This document shows positions 36,563 through 50,329 of a stretch of DNA of 64,000 nt, piece by piece. This DNA is from Vicugna vicugna (lineage: Eukaryota). Position 1 is the first letter of the stretch. Every line of letters starts with the position of its first letter. A program made the position numbers and the translations under genes. The stretch covers positions 248,001-312,000 of the forward strand of contig MU058059.1 of NCBI GenBank assembly GCA_013265495.1, in the 5' to 3' direction. Below the pieces are notes generated by a model. It saw only the letters and a program-made list of their open reading frames with translations. It had not been told where the DNA came from and searched no databases.

Positions 36563-37849
36563 CAAGATGTATTCAATAGGTGAACAGATAAACAAATGTG
36601 ATGCATTTACACAATGGAGTATCACTCAGCAGTGTACAAAGTGAACCATCAAGCTACGGGGGGCGGGGGCGAAGACATGCAGGAACTTTAAATACGTACT
36701 GCTAAGTGAAAGAAGCCGGTCTTAAAAAGCAACTATGATTCCAATTGTATGACATTCTGGAAAAGGCAAAAACTATGGAAATAGTAAGATGAGCAGTGGT
36801 TGCCAGGGATTCCAGGGGTGAGGAGGGAGGGGTAAAGAGCAGAGGACAGCAGATTTTAGGGCAGTGCAACTACTTCACATGATACTGTAACAATGGATGC
36901 ATAACATTTTATATTTGTCAAAACTCATTGGATGTACAATACGGAGAGTGACCCCTAATGTAAACTACAGACTTTTGGTAATGTATCAATACTGGTTCTT
37001 CAATTGTGAAAAAACGTACCACACTAGTGCAAGATGTTAATAACAAAATCAACTGTGTGCAGAAGGAAAGGGGGTATATGGGAACTTTCTGTATTTTCTG
37101 CATAATGTTGTAAGTATCAAAGTCCTCCAAGAAAATAAAGTCTATTTAAATATTGCTGCCTCTTCATATGTCATGAATTTTCAGTAAAACCTTGTCTGTA
37201 GACTGGAGGCTGAGAAGAAACAGCAGTCAATTTCCCATCACATAAGTCCTAAGGACTGGAGTTTTCTTCTCTTTACAAGTAGAGTTCAAAAGTTTTTTCC
37301 CAGAATATGCAATTATTCTTGGAATAGAGAAATTTTATTTGAGAATAGTTATTTTCATTTGAAATATTTCAAAGTATATTATTAAATAAGAAACTAATGG
37401 CTTAAAATATTCTTTTTTATTAACTCTCTAACAGAATTATCAACAAAGAATCTACTTCATATTTACCCTATCAAATATTAAAATTTTCCTTCATAGAGGT
37501 ATATTTGAAATTGATACTTTTCCTTTAAACCACTATTTTGTTACACTTAGCACATCAAATTGCCATGACAGATAAAAATGACATTTTCCTACAATTTTAC
37601 TTTTATTTCCATACCTTCTCTGACTGCATCATAAATTTTTGATTACTCTATGAGATCTGATAAAAAAACAAACCTATTTCTAAATTTCAATCTAACAATT
37701 CATACCAGTCTTATATAAATTTCACTTTACATAAAGCCTGAATGCTAGACAATGAAAACCACAGATCTACTATTACACAGAATTCTGCAAGGCCCCAAGT
37801 AGTACTTACGTAAGATTTAATTACAACTCAAAAATACGTCTACTCTCTC

Positions 37850-38370
37850 CGCCTTCAGCGCCCTGCCCTCACCTTCTCTCAGCCACGGCTCTCACTTTCA
37901 TGGGCAACTTTAACGGGAGCCTCCTAACGGTTCTCTCTTCTCATTCGCCTCCCCTAATCCATTCTCCAGGGGACCCGTGGTGATCTCGCACATAAGTGTA
38001 ATCCGATCACATCACATTTGTGCTTCAAATCCTTCACAGGCTCCGAGCACAAGGTTTACTCTTTCCTCCCCTTGTCTGTGGCTGACTGCCTCTCCTTCCT
38101 CAGGACTCAGCTCACATGAACACCGTTAGGAGGTGCGTTCTGAGCTCCAGGGCAGGTTCGGACACCTCTTATGGTCTCCTAAGCTGATGCTATGTGTCTC
38201 CCCCACAGTACGCGTCCAACCACAGCGATACAGCGACCTGTATAACTATACACTCGCTGCTCATCTCTGCCCATGGAAAGGAAGCTCCACAGGTGCACAA
38301 GACCTGTATTTATACCCCAGGTCCAGCACACAGTCCAACACACGTGAGTTCTTGAATAATGAACTCATCA
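37850..38370 (-). mobile_element. L2 3' end
   Basis: 'gcctcctaacggttctctc...ccattctcc...tccgatcacatcac...caggactcagctcacatg...ccagcacacagtcc...gaataatgaa'. Confidence 0.65.
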
Positions 38371-38634
38371 TGAGAAACAAAAAGCAACCCAAGGATTCAC
38401 TGTGAAGAGATGACAGGACATTCAGACACCAGAATTAGCCAAGCGGGGAAAGAACCTTTAACAACTCGTTCGGTTTAGGACATCATCTCTTCCCCGTCCA
38501 CCAAAAGCTCCCATTTATAAAGTTTCTGAAGGATGAGGGAAGGGGATCAGTTTGTCACAACCTGTCTTCCATTATCCTCAGAACAACATTCAAAAACCAA
38601 AAACCCTGGTTGGAATTTCTGTTCTGTTCTGAAG

Positions 38635-38705
38635 TGCCCAATGAGACAACCGACCGAGTGAAAGAACAGAGCGGTCCGCGGAGGGAACAATCAGGGACTG
38701 CACAG
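38635..38705 (+). other. Candidate plus-strand exon (71 nt) in a CpG-rich unique patch
   Basis: tttctgttctgttctgaag| ... CAG|gtgagg. Confidence 0.2.
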
Positions 38706-41129
38706 GTGAGGCCCTCGGCGGAGGACGCGGCTCCTGGGAGCACAGCGTTTGAAAACGACTGCAACATATTCTCCCCAAACAGCCAGTCCTCAGAAGTGGT
38801 GCTGGAGCAGAATTAAGCAATTTAATCCTTAACAGCAGGAGCTCTCGGGGAAACCTATTTACCCATTAACTTCAACTCATGTGAACTTTGCTCTCCGCAC
38901 AGTTCTTTAAGACATCCTGTCACAATTTACAGACTTTGTAAAGGTAGAATCCGTTGATCCTACTTCTCTGATTATAACAATATCACGTACCTCTCAGTGG
39001 AAGAACGTTGAAGCCAAGAGGAGACAGCCAAGGCAAGATCTTCAGGAAGCAAATTCCAGGCAAAGGAAAGAGCAAGTGTTTCTTAAGGTGGGAAAACGGA
39101 ACCACACGGGACCAACGAGGCTGCCGCAGACTGAGGGATGAGGTGGAGCTGTGGGGAGGTCAGGCCATGGGTTCTACAGGCGACGCTTCAGATCAAGAGT
39201 CGCAACATGCTGTTGATGAACTGCATGCGAGAAGAAAGGGGAAACGAGGAAACAACTGCTTATCGAAGGAAAGCACTGACGGTCCTGATTCCAGAAGACA
39301 CCTTAACCAGCTCCCCCCGGGAGGGCGACACAACTACCGAGCGTGGTGGATTTGCGCGCCTCCCTGATGGGTGTTCGCTTTCCATTTCTGATGTGCATCA
39401 TTTGTGCTGTGCCAAACACGGAACAGGACAGAAGTCAGTGCCCCCAAACTCGTCCCCTAATGCTCAGGGGAGACATACCCAGGACTCTGCTGTCCCCACG
39501 GCCTCTGCGGTGACAACATGGCTTCTCTAGAACATGCTGCAGAGACAAGGCTGCACTGGACGCAGGTCTGCCCCGGATCTCAGGGCTGGGAAACAGCCAG
39601 CTCTGGCGAGGAGCCACTTTTGATCTCTCTTTTTTATATGTTTTCTTTATATTTTCCAAATTATGCGTAAGTTACTGAAACCAGGGCAAACAGGAAACCA
39701 TTAACTGAGTGAACGATTCACCTTTGCTATCTGCCCCGTGCAAGTGCGGAGGCTCGCGGAGGTCTGCCATTGTACTACAGTGGAGCCAACATCACGACTT
39801 TGTGAAACTGCCCAAAAACAACAACTCTGGGGGAAAAAAAGAGTCAAACCCTGGACTACGAGAATACCACCAATTTCAATCCCGGAATCTATGAAGAGAT
39901 TAACTTAACAATAAATCAAATCAAACGGCTTTATGATTTTTGATTAAAAAAAGATGATTATAGCAATGACTCTATCTTGTAGGACTTTATAAATGGATGT
40001 TTTGATGAGGTCTGGAGAAAAATATGTCTCTTGTTAATGTTTTATAAATATTGATTAAGTGAAATAATGAATAAATGTGAGGCAGGAAATTAAGAGAAAT
40101 AAAGCTAAAAGCCAGAGTTTGTATATTCTCTACACTGGCTCCTTGACTTTTCTGAGTGTATTTTCAAAGAACAGGTGAATTCAATAACACTCCCAGCAAT
40201 AAAGGGGATTTTCAACGACTCAGATCCAAATGCTCCCGTAAAGAAAACCTGGAAGGCGCCTGTGCTAACGTCAGTGCAGCAAAGGGGCTGGGAGGTGGGA
40301 CAGTGCCCTTTGTTCAGTGTTCTGCTCACTCTTTGACCACCGCGTACTGAACACTGACATCTATCAAGTGCCCAGTGAGGCAGTGGAAAAGGAACAGACT
40401 GGTGTCTGTTCTCCTGGACGTTACAGGAAAGGAGACAGATATCAAAGAGTCACGCTCATGCATCAAGTATTACGATCCAGAAATGGGCCGTAGAGAAATG
40501 GTCTGCAAAAAAACCGAAGGAAGAAAGTTGATCTTGCCTGGTTACAGGCAAAGCTTCTACAGACGCTGTATGTAAGGAATAAAAGCAAAGTTCTTTGCTC
40601 CCAACTTAAAAAAATAAAAACCAGAGAACAAAAACGCTGTTTACCATGTGGATTCTCCTTGGGGATTATGCACGTTTTATTCATTTATAAAAGCACAATG
40701 TCAGTAACACAAACGTGAATGTGACGTAACTTTTCCTCCCCATACACCCCCCGACCACTCGGACAGGAAGACGTACCACGACGCACACGGCAGAACGTGC
40801 TGAAAGGCGGAGTTGCAAGTAAAAGCCGACAGGGGCCGTGGGCAGGTGAAAGCTGTTTAGGAGGACGCTGCCTCAGCCAAGGTGGGGAACCTCTGGTCGT
40901 TTTGCTATTTTTCAACCAGATTTCTGGTTTTGTGCTACATGCCTACATTTATTTCATTTTTCTTATCACTTCATTTTGTGTAATTTCACAGTATTGTGTA
41001 CATGCATTTTTGCGGGATGTCTTATTAAAACCGCTTGCAAAGGGAGGCACAAATAAATGGATATTAAAGGGAAATGAGGAAAAAAACAGAAGCCACAGCA
41101 ACCCTTCCTGGGCAAGGCTTTCCAAACTG

Positions 41130-41720
41130 GGAGAAGTACTGAAACAGGGAGGGAAGCAGAGAGACGGGAAACAGAAAGGCTGCGCTGGAGGCGGGGGAGG
41201 AGGGCTCGCTGGTGAACTGGATTACAGGTTCTTGGGAGGATATGGGGCAGATATCTTGCAGAAAGAGGAGGGATTCGAAGTACAGAGGACCTAAGAGTTT
41301 AGAAATGAGTCGGGCAATTCCTGGACAGAGAGGATGCATTTGTACTGGAGGAAGGTAATTTTGGCAGCAGCATGAAGTGTTCGAACATGATCAGGTGGAC
41401 AGGATTTGCAATTAACTAAATGTGGGGAACCAGAAAGAGCAAAATTAAGGAAGGTCTTAATGTTTCCAGCCTGGATTACTGAGAAGATAGTCATGTTTTC
41501 CACGAGCTGAAAAGGAGAGGAAGGACAGGCAGGGAGAGGGATGGTGGGCTCCACTTTGGACACAGAGTTCAAGCTATGAGCAAGGTATCTACGACCAGAA
41601 CTTTCAGGAGAGACTAGGACGCCAAGATGGGGAATTAGCTACATTCAGGTGTCAGCTGAAACCTCTCAAATGCTGCAGATTAAGTAGGGAGGACGTATCA
41701 GCCAAGAAGAGCACTAAGCC
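41130..41720 (+). mobile_element. L2 fragment
   Basis: 'gacaggatttgcaattaactaaatgtgggg...aatgtttccagcctggattactgagaagatag...ctttggacacagagttc'. Confidence 0.6.
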
Positions 41721-42887
41721 AACACTTCTTTCCCAGAGCCCTTAAAGTGGCTTCAATACACAGGAAGCTGAAAGGCTTGTGGAGAAAGACACTGAAATGG
41801 ATTCTTAGATCCCTAAGAGGGTCACGACCTATCTGAGAGGCACCCCACAGCTGGAGACAAAACCAGATCCCAGCAGGATCTCAAATCAAGGTTTTATCCA
41901 TGCAAGCAGTGAGCTTCTGTCCCCACAAATGCTATGACAATGTTTGTTTCTTTCTTTCCCCAGGTGCTAAAACAACCAGCGTGCCCACTAAACAATCAGA
42001 TGCCATCAGATAACATATTCAAATATAATGCGTATTTAAATAATGCGGCAGACAGATGTCACCGCTTCTAATCTTTAAAAAATCTACTTAGATTTTCATT
42101 GATAACATTATAAAAACTCTCTAACCTCGGGAAAAAGTGCACCAAGTTTAATGAAAAGAGAGTTCCCAGGTACATCAGCCAATTTGTAGACTCTGAAGTT
42201 ACCATATTGTAGGAAAAGCCTCTAATTTTGCAGCTTTTCTTTTTTTAATTACCTCTTTAACATGACCACATGAATCAGGATAAGGTATTTATGGTGTTCG
42301 GCCTCAAGCTACAGTTCACCTTTCTCCCCAAACTCCTTGTAAGTACCTATCAAACAATGTTACACACTGAATTTTTTCAGTAATATACTTAAAATCAATT
42401 AAGATACAGTCACCTTGACCCCTGTAACCAGGCCACCCACACTTACTTGCACTGGAGGGATGGACAAACACCAAAGCATCTTGTGGCTCAAGCACAAAGC
42501 AGGCACTGCCGCGGGGAAGGAGGGCAGGGAACCAAGTAGGGGATCAGTGAGAGGGAAGCTCCACCCCCACGTGCTCACCGTCCGCGCAGGCGCAGCCCTC
42601 AGAGTTGGTGTTCTCCACCAGGGACCCCTATTCACACCTGTCCTGATTTTTATTTGCAATGAATGGTGATGGGGCATTTTCAAATGGAAAAACGTGAGAA
42701 AGCAATCCAAGCCTGTGCGCAGACTGCTCAGGGAAGCAGCACAGGAGCTCTGATAACCCTCCCCAGACCTACCCTTAGGGAGGTCCGCAGCCTGCGCACC
42801 CTGGAGGCAAACATCTTTGGCTTCTCTTACTTGCATTCAGACATTTTTCCTGGGTCGGGGAAAGGAGTGACTGTCAGCAAGGCAGAA

Positions 42888-43065
42888 TCACTGTTTTCAT
42901 CACCTTCAATGTGCATTTTAGAAACATTTTAACATCTATGAAATAGGATGCTTCTTACAATCAACGACATGTCATAGTTTAAATAGAAACTTTTTCCCCG
43001 ACTCATACAGTACATATGGTGTGGTCTACAACTGGTATCAGATGTGGTGAATTAAGATAATTATG
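42888..43065. mobile_element. MER104-like (TcMar-Tc2) remnant
   Basis: 'cattttaacatctatgaaataggatgcttcttacaatcaacg'. Confidence 0.45.
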
Positions 43066-43499
43066 AATAATCCTGATCATGCCAACGGGAATGTGTCTGT
43101 CATTCGTGCTAATATTATCTGGCATTTGTGAACTGGGGGAAAATGTTCTCCGACTGAACCACTGAATTATATTTATCACATGGAATTCTCTCATTTCTGG
43201 GGTTGCCTTTAGGAATGAAACCATTTTTGGAAAACTGCTTTATGGGAAAACTATCTTAACAGGCCACCTTTATTAGGACGATGGAAAAATGGGGGAGCAG
43301 GGTATTTTAATTCTTAGAGGTAGTTCTTGCTCCTGATAATGTTGGCATCCTCGATGTTACAGAGTTGTAAGGGTCTCGTCAGGATTAAAACACATTTCCC
43401 CAAGAGCCTTCCAGGAGATTGTGCTGCATAATGATAATCTGACTACTTAGAGAGACCACCTCATTTTTCAAAAGGCGCTTCATTTCAGTATGTTTACCA

Positions 43500-45190
43500 T
43501 TAAAGTTATAAAATCAGAGTTTCATCATTCAAACACAACTGTTTAATATGACGGATGTACTTCCTTCTGGTCTTTTTCCATAATCATATTTTACAAAATT
43601 ATACATACATACAGTAACAGTGCATCTTGTGTCTATTTAGTTAAAACTAGATTACAAGCATTTACTGAATGGTATCTAGGCTGTGTTACAGGGCCATCTT
43701 TAATTAAACAATCTTTAATTGTTTCTTGAACAAATATACTGTATCTTACATTTGATTTTCCCTACTGTTTCCAAGAAGCTGTAAGATTCATGTATTTTGA
43801 AATATTTAGGGAGAGTTTAAGAAATAAGCTTTAGGGTGTCAACGGGTACACATTTTATTATGACTTTTGTATAAGATACTAGTTATTTGTGTACTATTTA
43901 TAATAGCACAGATACTGCACTGTACTCTGGTGATATTAGCTTTACTTTTATAGTGAGCTTTTTTTAATAGATGAGAAATTAAACCTAATTTCATTTCTTT
44001 AATTAATTAGAAAGCTGAATAACTTTCCATGTGTTTGACCATCATGGTTTCTGTTTGGGAATTGTCTGACCCTGTCTGTGACCATTTACATATTAAGTTA
44101 CTTTAGTTTTCTCATTCAATTGTTATAATCTTTTTGCATAATAAATATATTATAGAACATTCTGTTAAATGTCCTTTTCATATGAGGATTTTTGACACCC
44201 AGAAGTTGAAGAATTTTTATATTAAACACATTATTTTTTCGTGACTTTTTCAAGGCATAAGAATTTTCTTTACCATTTAGCAAGTTGATAAACATTAAAG
44301 CAAGCTTTCTTCAAACACTCTATTAAAAAATCTTTTTTATTCTTTAGGATCCATTTTACTGCATTATATGAGATGAGGGTTTATGTTAATTTCATTTTAT
44401 GTTTGTAGCCAATTATCCTAATACCAATATTGAATAATTTTTCTCTTCCTCACAGATTTATCATCACTCTAGTAACATATTAAATTTCTAGACATTACAG
44501 AGTCTATTTCTGGGCCAACTAATCTATCTGTCCATTCTCAAGATAACAACACATGACTTTAATTATTGTTGGGAAATTGTCTTGCAATGCTCACTAGTGA
44601 CCTCCTTATTCATTTTTATTTCTTTATATTTCCTCCTCAATATTTTTTGATGAACTTTAGAAGTATTTCGTTACTTTTTTTTAAAGGTTTCGAAGTTTTC
44701 ACTAGTATTGCAGCAAACCTGTCAAATTGTAGAGAACTGAAATACCTACAGTATGTATCATTCTCCTTTAGAAATGTCTTCTCTTGTGATTGTTTCCATT
44801 TATTCACATCAATTATATGTAATTCTTATTAAAGTGATTACTACCTGTGTATATAATTTTGTCACTATAAATGAAATATTTTCATTTTCTGAAAAGTATG
44901 TTCACAAAAATTACAACTGATTATTGAATAACTTATATTTTGCCAAGTTACCAACATTTTATTAATGATAAAATTTTCCAGTTGATTTCTTTTGATCTAT
45001 AAGATATACAAGAATATCACTTTTAAAGAATCACTATTCGGCTTTCTAATATTTACACCTCTATCTTTATTTTTCTTACTGCATTGGCCAGAACTTGTAA
45101 AGCAATAGTAAATAATTTTGGTGATACTAAACACCATTGTTATATTTCTTATTTTAAGACAAACGTCTCCAGTAGTTTATGGGTAAAATT
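43500..45190 (-). mobile_element. Highly decayed L1ME-type element
   Basis: T-rich antisense ORF2 phrases 'agccaattatcctaataccaatattgaataat', 'gtctatttctgggc', 'cttactgcattggccagaactt'. Confidence 0.7.
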
Positions 45191-45749
45191 ATAATCGACT
45201 AGCTCAGTATATGTTGAAACTCAATTTTTGCCTTAAATTTCCACATATAATAAGGCAAGTGATTGGTCACACTCCCTGCAACGGTGGTTAATCATCTTAA
45301 CTGCGTGGTAGAGTTACACACGGTAATTCTATGTGTCTGGGATGAAGGATTTACTCCAGAATTCTAGAGAGCTACCTCTCTAGCAGCTCCTAAACAAATC
45401 ATCAGTGTCACCTTGTTATCGTCATCAGAGCTTCATGATGAGAACTTGCTCTATTCTTTTATTAGACTTTAAGTAAAATTTGATTAGAAAGATAGATCGT
45501 ATTCCAGCAGAAGCATGAAATCTAGTTAAAACCAACAGTGATCAGAACAATACATGATGCAAGCCAAGAAAAATTTAGAAAATATTTCTAAAATACTAAA
45601 GAAAAAAATCAAGGACAAATTTTGTACTGGACAGTAACGAAAGGTGAAAGTCCGTCATCACACTAATGCTGGCAAATATTCTTACAATATTTTCAATTTA
45701 TGTGGCTTTATGAACGTTTTACACAATTCATGGCATTTTAGATACTTAC

Positions 45750-45801
45750 TTCTTTTTGGCAGGAGAAAGACAAGTGGTTTTGTAATAAGATTTTACCACT
45801 T
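45750..45801 (-). other. Candidate exon (52 nt) abutting Tigger1
   Basis: Strong donor GAA|gtaagt; weak acceptor aactttctgatcag|. Confidence 0.2.
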
Positions 45802-45818
45802 CTGATCAGAAAGTTTTA

Positions 45819-46423
45819 TAGGCATACTTTGTTTTAGGGCACTTCGTGGATATTGCCTTTTTTTTTTTTTTAAACAAATTGAAGGTTTGTGGCAACCCGG
45901 CACCAAGCAAGTCTACCGGTACCATTTTTCCAACAGCATTTGCTCACTTCGTCTGTGTCACATTTTGGTAATTCTCATGATATTTAAAACTTTTTTTATT
46001 ATTATATTTGTTATGGTGATCTGCGATCAGTGATCTTTGATGTTACTAAGTATTGCAAAAAGATTATGACTTGCTGAAGGCTCAGATGATGGTTAGAACC
46101 TTTTAGCAAAATATTTTTACAGATTTATTTATATTTATTTACTCCTTAATGAGGCACTGGAGATTGAACCTCGGGCCTCATGAATGTCAAGCATGCACTC
46201 TACCACTGAGCTATACGCCCCCAGCGTATGTATTTTAAATTAAGGTATGTACATTGTTTTTTGAAGCAGAATACTATTGTACACTTAATAAACTACAGTA
46301 TAGTGTAAGCCTAGCTTTTATATGCCCTGGGAAACCAAAAAATTCGTGTGACTGGCTTTATCGCAATATGTGCTTCATTGCTGTGGTCTGGAACAGACTC
46401 GCAGGGTCTCTGAGGGGTGCCTG
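45819..46423 (+). mobile_element. Internally deleted Tigger1 DNA transposon
   Basis: 'ta|taggcatac...caaattgaaggtttgtggcaacc...' to '...tctctgaggggtgcctg|ta'; TA target duplication. Confidence 0.85.
46119..46222 (-). mobile_element. Camelid tRNA-Ala SINE inserted in Tigger1
   Basis: 'ttaatgaggcactggagattgaacctcgggcctcatgaatgtcaagcatgcactctaccactgagctatacgcccc'. Confidence 0.85.
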
Positions 46424-46611
46424 TACGCCACTCTTTTGCTTGGTGAAACAAACAGGCGGGGATGTTTCAGAACAGAACTTGCAGAATGAAGCTGGATTTT
46501 CAGATGGCCGACCTTTGAGATATACAGCACAAAAGCAGCTTGTGGAACAGCAGGGGGAGTGGGGGAATCTGGTGATGGAGAGAGCAGAACACAGGGGCGT
46601 GTGAGGCAAGG

Positions 46612-46664
46612 GGTCAAGGGGACAGTGCTGGTCAAGGGGACGGTGCTGGTCAAGGGGACAGTGT
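46612..46664 (+). repeat. 18-bp tandem repeat x3 (ggtcaaggggac[a/g]gtgct)
   Basis: Units start at 46612, 46630 and 46648. Confidence 0.9.
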
Positions 46665-48659
46665 CTGAGGTCCCTGCACAGTCAAGGGTTGCACGTGACA
46701 GTCAAAAAGTTAGTTTTCTTAAGGAAATTGGCAACAGGTGTCCCGAGATGCAAAATTAGGCTAAGGCTTTTCAGAAATCATCTTTTAATCTCTAAAAATA
46801 GTAATTAAACAATTAATGGTGATTTTGTGGGTAACTATTCCAAAGCCCCAACTGTAAACTCATCAAATTAGAACATAATTGTCTAATAAACACACCCAGT
46901 ACGGTCAGAGGTGTGTCATTCTGGGTCAGATTATCAAAGCAGATGAGAACGTAAGTGAATTACATTACGACCCACTAGCCGAGGAGGCCCTGGGATGCAG
47001 CTTTCGGGTATGAATAAAACATAACAAGGACACAGCAAACAAACATTATCTGTTAGAGAAACAATCATTTCAATCATGCTGCATTTTAGGTGGTACACAT
47101 GGACACAGGCAGATTTTCCCTCCAAATTAGTCTTTAAATCACTCTATTAAAATATGAAACTCTTTTTTTAAAGGTGTTATCTTAAGCATAAATATAGTAT
47201 AAAACATTCTTTAGTTGCAAGAATGCATCCTTCAAATAGCCATTAAATATTTTCAAAGGACTCAAATTTGTCACAGGGAAATACTTTGGGAATGGATAGA
47301 CCCGTGCCATTTTTCAGATCTTTAATATAGAAGCAATTATCAATCAGTTAAAATAAGTTTGTTTTGCCACGAGTTTTCATTTGGGTTTTTACTTTGACAC
47401 ACTTTCAGGCTTTAAGGTCTCATATAGTTGCATGAGAATATTTTCATCATTCATTTTGCCCTGAAAACCACCTCATCTTTCCCCTCTTCTTCATCTTCTC
47501 CCTCCCACCGCCGGCACATTTACTGAGTCCCTATCTAGTTTAAGGCGGTGTGCTAGGCTCTGGGGGATGCAGTGGTGACTAACGGAACATGGTACTGTTC
47601 TTACAGAGGTTCACAGGCCAGTGGGGACACAGAAATACAGACATCTAATTCCAATAAACCTGGTAAATTCAGTGATACATATACATCTCTGCACAGGATG
47701 CTTGGAGTAGAGAGGAAAGTGTTCCCACTGAGACTGAGGAGGTCAGAAAGGACTAAAAAGAGGAGGTAGCTGGGTTAACACAAGGGTTTTTCTCAAAACT
47801 CATTCCTGATACACTATTCCTGCAAAAACAAGACATTTAGGATTACCAGCATTTCTAAATTCAATTGTCAATCCAGAAATGGCTCATCATTTTAAAGCTG
47901 GCTGACTATGAAACTCTTCATCATAAAAATAGGAAGTAACAGAAACCCAGTCATTATATATTCATTTTCTATAATATTCAACTCTGCTTAATAGCCATAA
48001 TTCTTTTGACTGTCTGTACATAACAGTGTCGATAAACTAGCATAGTTTGAATTGGTACCAAGGAACAGGTTCTTTCAAATCCTCATTTATTTTAAATGGT
48101 AATAACAGCATTCTCAGAAACACAGCGATTGCTTTGCTTTCCACAGAATCAGGACAAGAAGGATGCTCTTCTCTTCACCCTCCAGTGAGCTCAAAAGGTG
48201 GGAATGTTGCCAAGATAATTCAATGAGCAGGAAGTCATTTTCCCAGGAAATTTCAAAAATATCATTAATTCACTTTGATTTTTTTTTACAATGATTATAA
48301 AACATTTATAAGGCTGGCTGATTGTAGCAGTTCTAACTGGCAGGATTGTTTTTTCTCTCCTACTGCAAAGCATCACTTTAAAAATATCCTCCTCCCCATC
48401 CCCCCCAACCCCATCAATTTCACAATGGAAAATCCAGGCAAAGTGCTTCATTCTTGCTTAACCTTGAAAGACATATGGTGTACTCAATGGAAAATCTATC
48501 ACTTAATTTGCTTCTAGAGATTTGACATCAAGCAGGAACACATTTGAAATATAGACGAAGTAAGAAGTAAAAGAATACAGTTGGGAATTGTAAAGGAAAA
48601 TGTTAGACATTCTATGAAGGTCAAAGCCAACTTCTTCCCTTAGATCCCCTCAAAAGACT

Positions 48660-48830
48660 GTATGGCACAGGAAACTATAGTCACTATCTTGTAATAACCT
48701 ACAATGAAAAAGACTATGAAAAGGGATGTGTATGTATGTATATGTATGACTGCAACATGATGCGGCACACCAGAATTGACTGTAAACTGACTATACTTCA
48801 TTCAAAAAAGGAAAATAAATAATTTTAAAA
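48660..48830 (+). mobile_element. Short L1 3' end
   Basis: 'tatggcacaggaaactatagtcactatcttgtaataacc...ctgactatacttcattcaaaaaa'; flanking aaaagact repeats. Confidence 0.85.
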
Positions 48831-49242
48831 AGACTCATACGCATCGGTATATGCTGCGGTGCTCACTGTGGTAATCCTCTTCCCACTTTACTTCTCATTG
48901 TTCTCTTTCATAATTCATTTGAAATTTAGCTTGACTCTTTCCTTCAACATATTAGTCATCTATCATAGATAATAATTTTAAAAACTGCTTTCTAACTGTG
49001 CTTAAGGGGAAAATGAAATGTAGGACAACAGCTAAGGAGACAAATTGCCAGTCAGTATGTCAAACACTTTATTTGGGAATCTATAAATTCTTATTGGAAA
49101 CCTGGTATAAGCTGGCGCAGGCCCTGTTTGAAAGTTCTGGTGGTAAATCACTATTCCCTTCATTTGGCCCAGAAATACTAGCCATCACTGAATATGCTTC
49201 TGCAGAGAAGCAACGGTCAACATTGTCCTTTCCTCTCTCAAG

Positions 49243-49326
49243 ACAAGGACAAAGCAGCGTGTCACCCTGTGAGATGCCGGAAGCAACCACAGGTGAGCGA
49301 CGGGACGCTAGCTCTGCAATGGCAAC
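49243..49326 (+). other. Candidate plus-strand exon with two donors (ends 49292 or 49326)
   Basis: ttgtcctttcctctctcaag| acceptor; CAG|gtgagc and AAC|gtaagt donors. Confidence 0.3.
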
Positions 49327-50329
49327 GTAAGTCACTGTACTAATGAGGCTTTTCTGAATTATATTTTAGCTTCACTTCCTACCCATTCTTTTTTGGTCAT
49401 TCTTTCCCAGTTCATTCACCTAGTTAAGAGAGGATGCAAGCATGTTTTCATGTTGTCGGCAGTTCTAAGAACGTCTTTTTTACAAATACAAATGTATATG
49501 TGCTTTGTGGACATTGTTGAAAGTTATTCATTTCCCACACTTGGCACTAGACTGCTTCTCTCCTGTGTTTCTTTTTGCAAAAGCAGACACTCCCAGTAGG
49601 AAGGCATTTTCCCTGCAGTCTTAGAATCTCCACAGGTCTCGTTGTTGATCACCTAACTCTGTGATGGGAAGGCAGGCGGCTCGGGCCTAATGAGTGGTAC
49701 TGACAGGAAGGACGGGGACACCTGACTCCAAATGTCATCCAACATGGTGACTCTGAGATGGTCTTGCTGGGTCAGAATGCTGCCTGAGTCATTCAGTCCT
49801 TAGCACATATCAGCTATGTCAGCAACTCCCAAGCCGACTGATTCTGCTAATTAATCTGGACAGGGAAGAGAAGGGAATGGGGTGCTCTGTTCTTTAAAGA
49901 GGGGTAATAATTACACCACGTTCACAGGACCTTTATGAAAATTATATAGTCTAATGGGTGTGTCATATGCTTTTAATAATATCATTAATAATACAGATAT
50001 TCTGGTTAATAGGATCTACATCATATATGGATCATTAATTTTAAAAGAGTATTAAAAAAACACCCTGTCCCTGTAATCAGACCTTATATAACTTAATTTC
50101 TAACCATTCAAGAAGTTATTCAGGAAGTTTCCCTCCGTAATTCAGCATTTTTACCATGAACACTTATATTTCTCATAGGTGAGGGAAACCAAGTTACAAG
50201 AACTCTGTGGACGATAAAGTGGCAAATAAATTATACTTACGTTATTTCATAAAGCATCTTCTCTCCCATATACTAAAGCACACTGATAACACTTACTTGT
50301 ATTTTCATCTCCACGCTTATGTATTAAGC

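Larger units (their letters stand above)
35750..36603 (+). repeat. Two overlapping near-identical tandem duplications (229-bp and ~270-bp units)
   Basis: acaaagcttaatatagg... at 35750 and 35979; agaaactgcatacaaatac... at 35836, 36065 and 36337. Confidence 0.95.
35220..37150 (+). mobile_element. Old L1MB/MC-type element (ORF2 3' part plus 3'UTR) hosting the SINE and duplications
   Basis: 'tatagattcaatagaattcccatc', 'caacaaatggtgctgggacaactg', 'actgctaagtgaaagaagcc...tatgacattctggaaaaggcaaaaactatgg', ends 'aaaataaagtctatt'. Confidence 0.85.

Noticed and set aside
35750..36603. Repeat array as CRISPR-like or satellite
   Set aside because: Eukaryotic L1/SINE-derived duplication with no short repeat-spacer structure
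40797..41294. 165-aa plus-strand ORF with a hydrophobic stretch
   Set aside because: Non-ATG start, hydrophobicity comes from a T-rich tract, and the 3' part runs into L2
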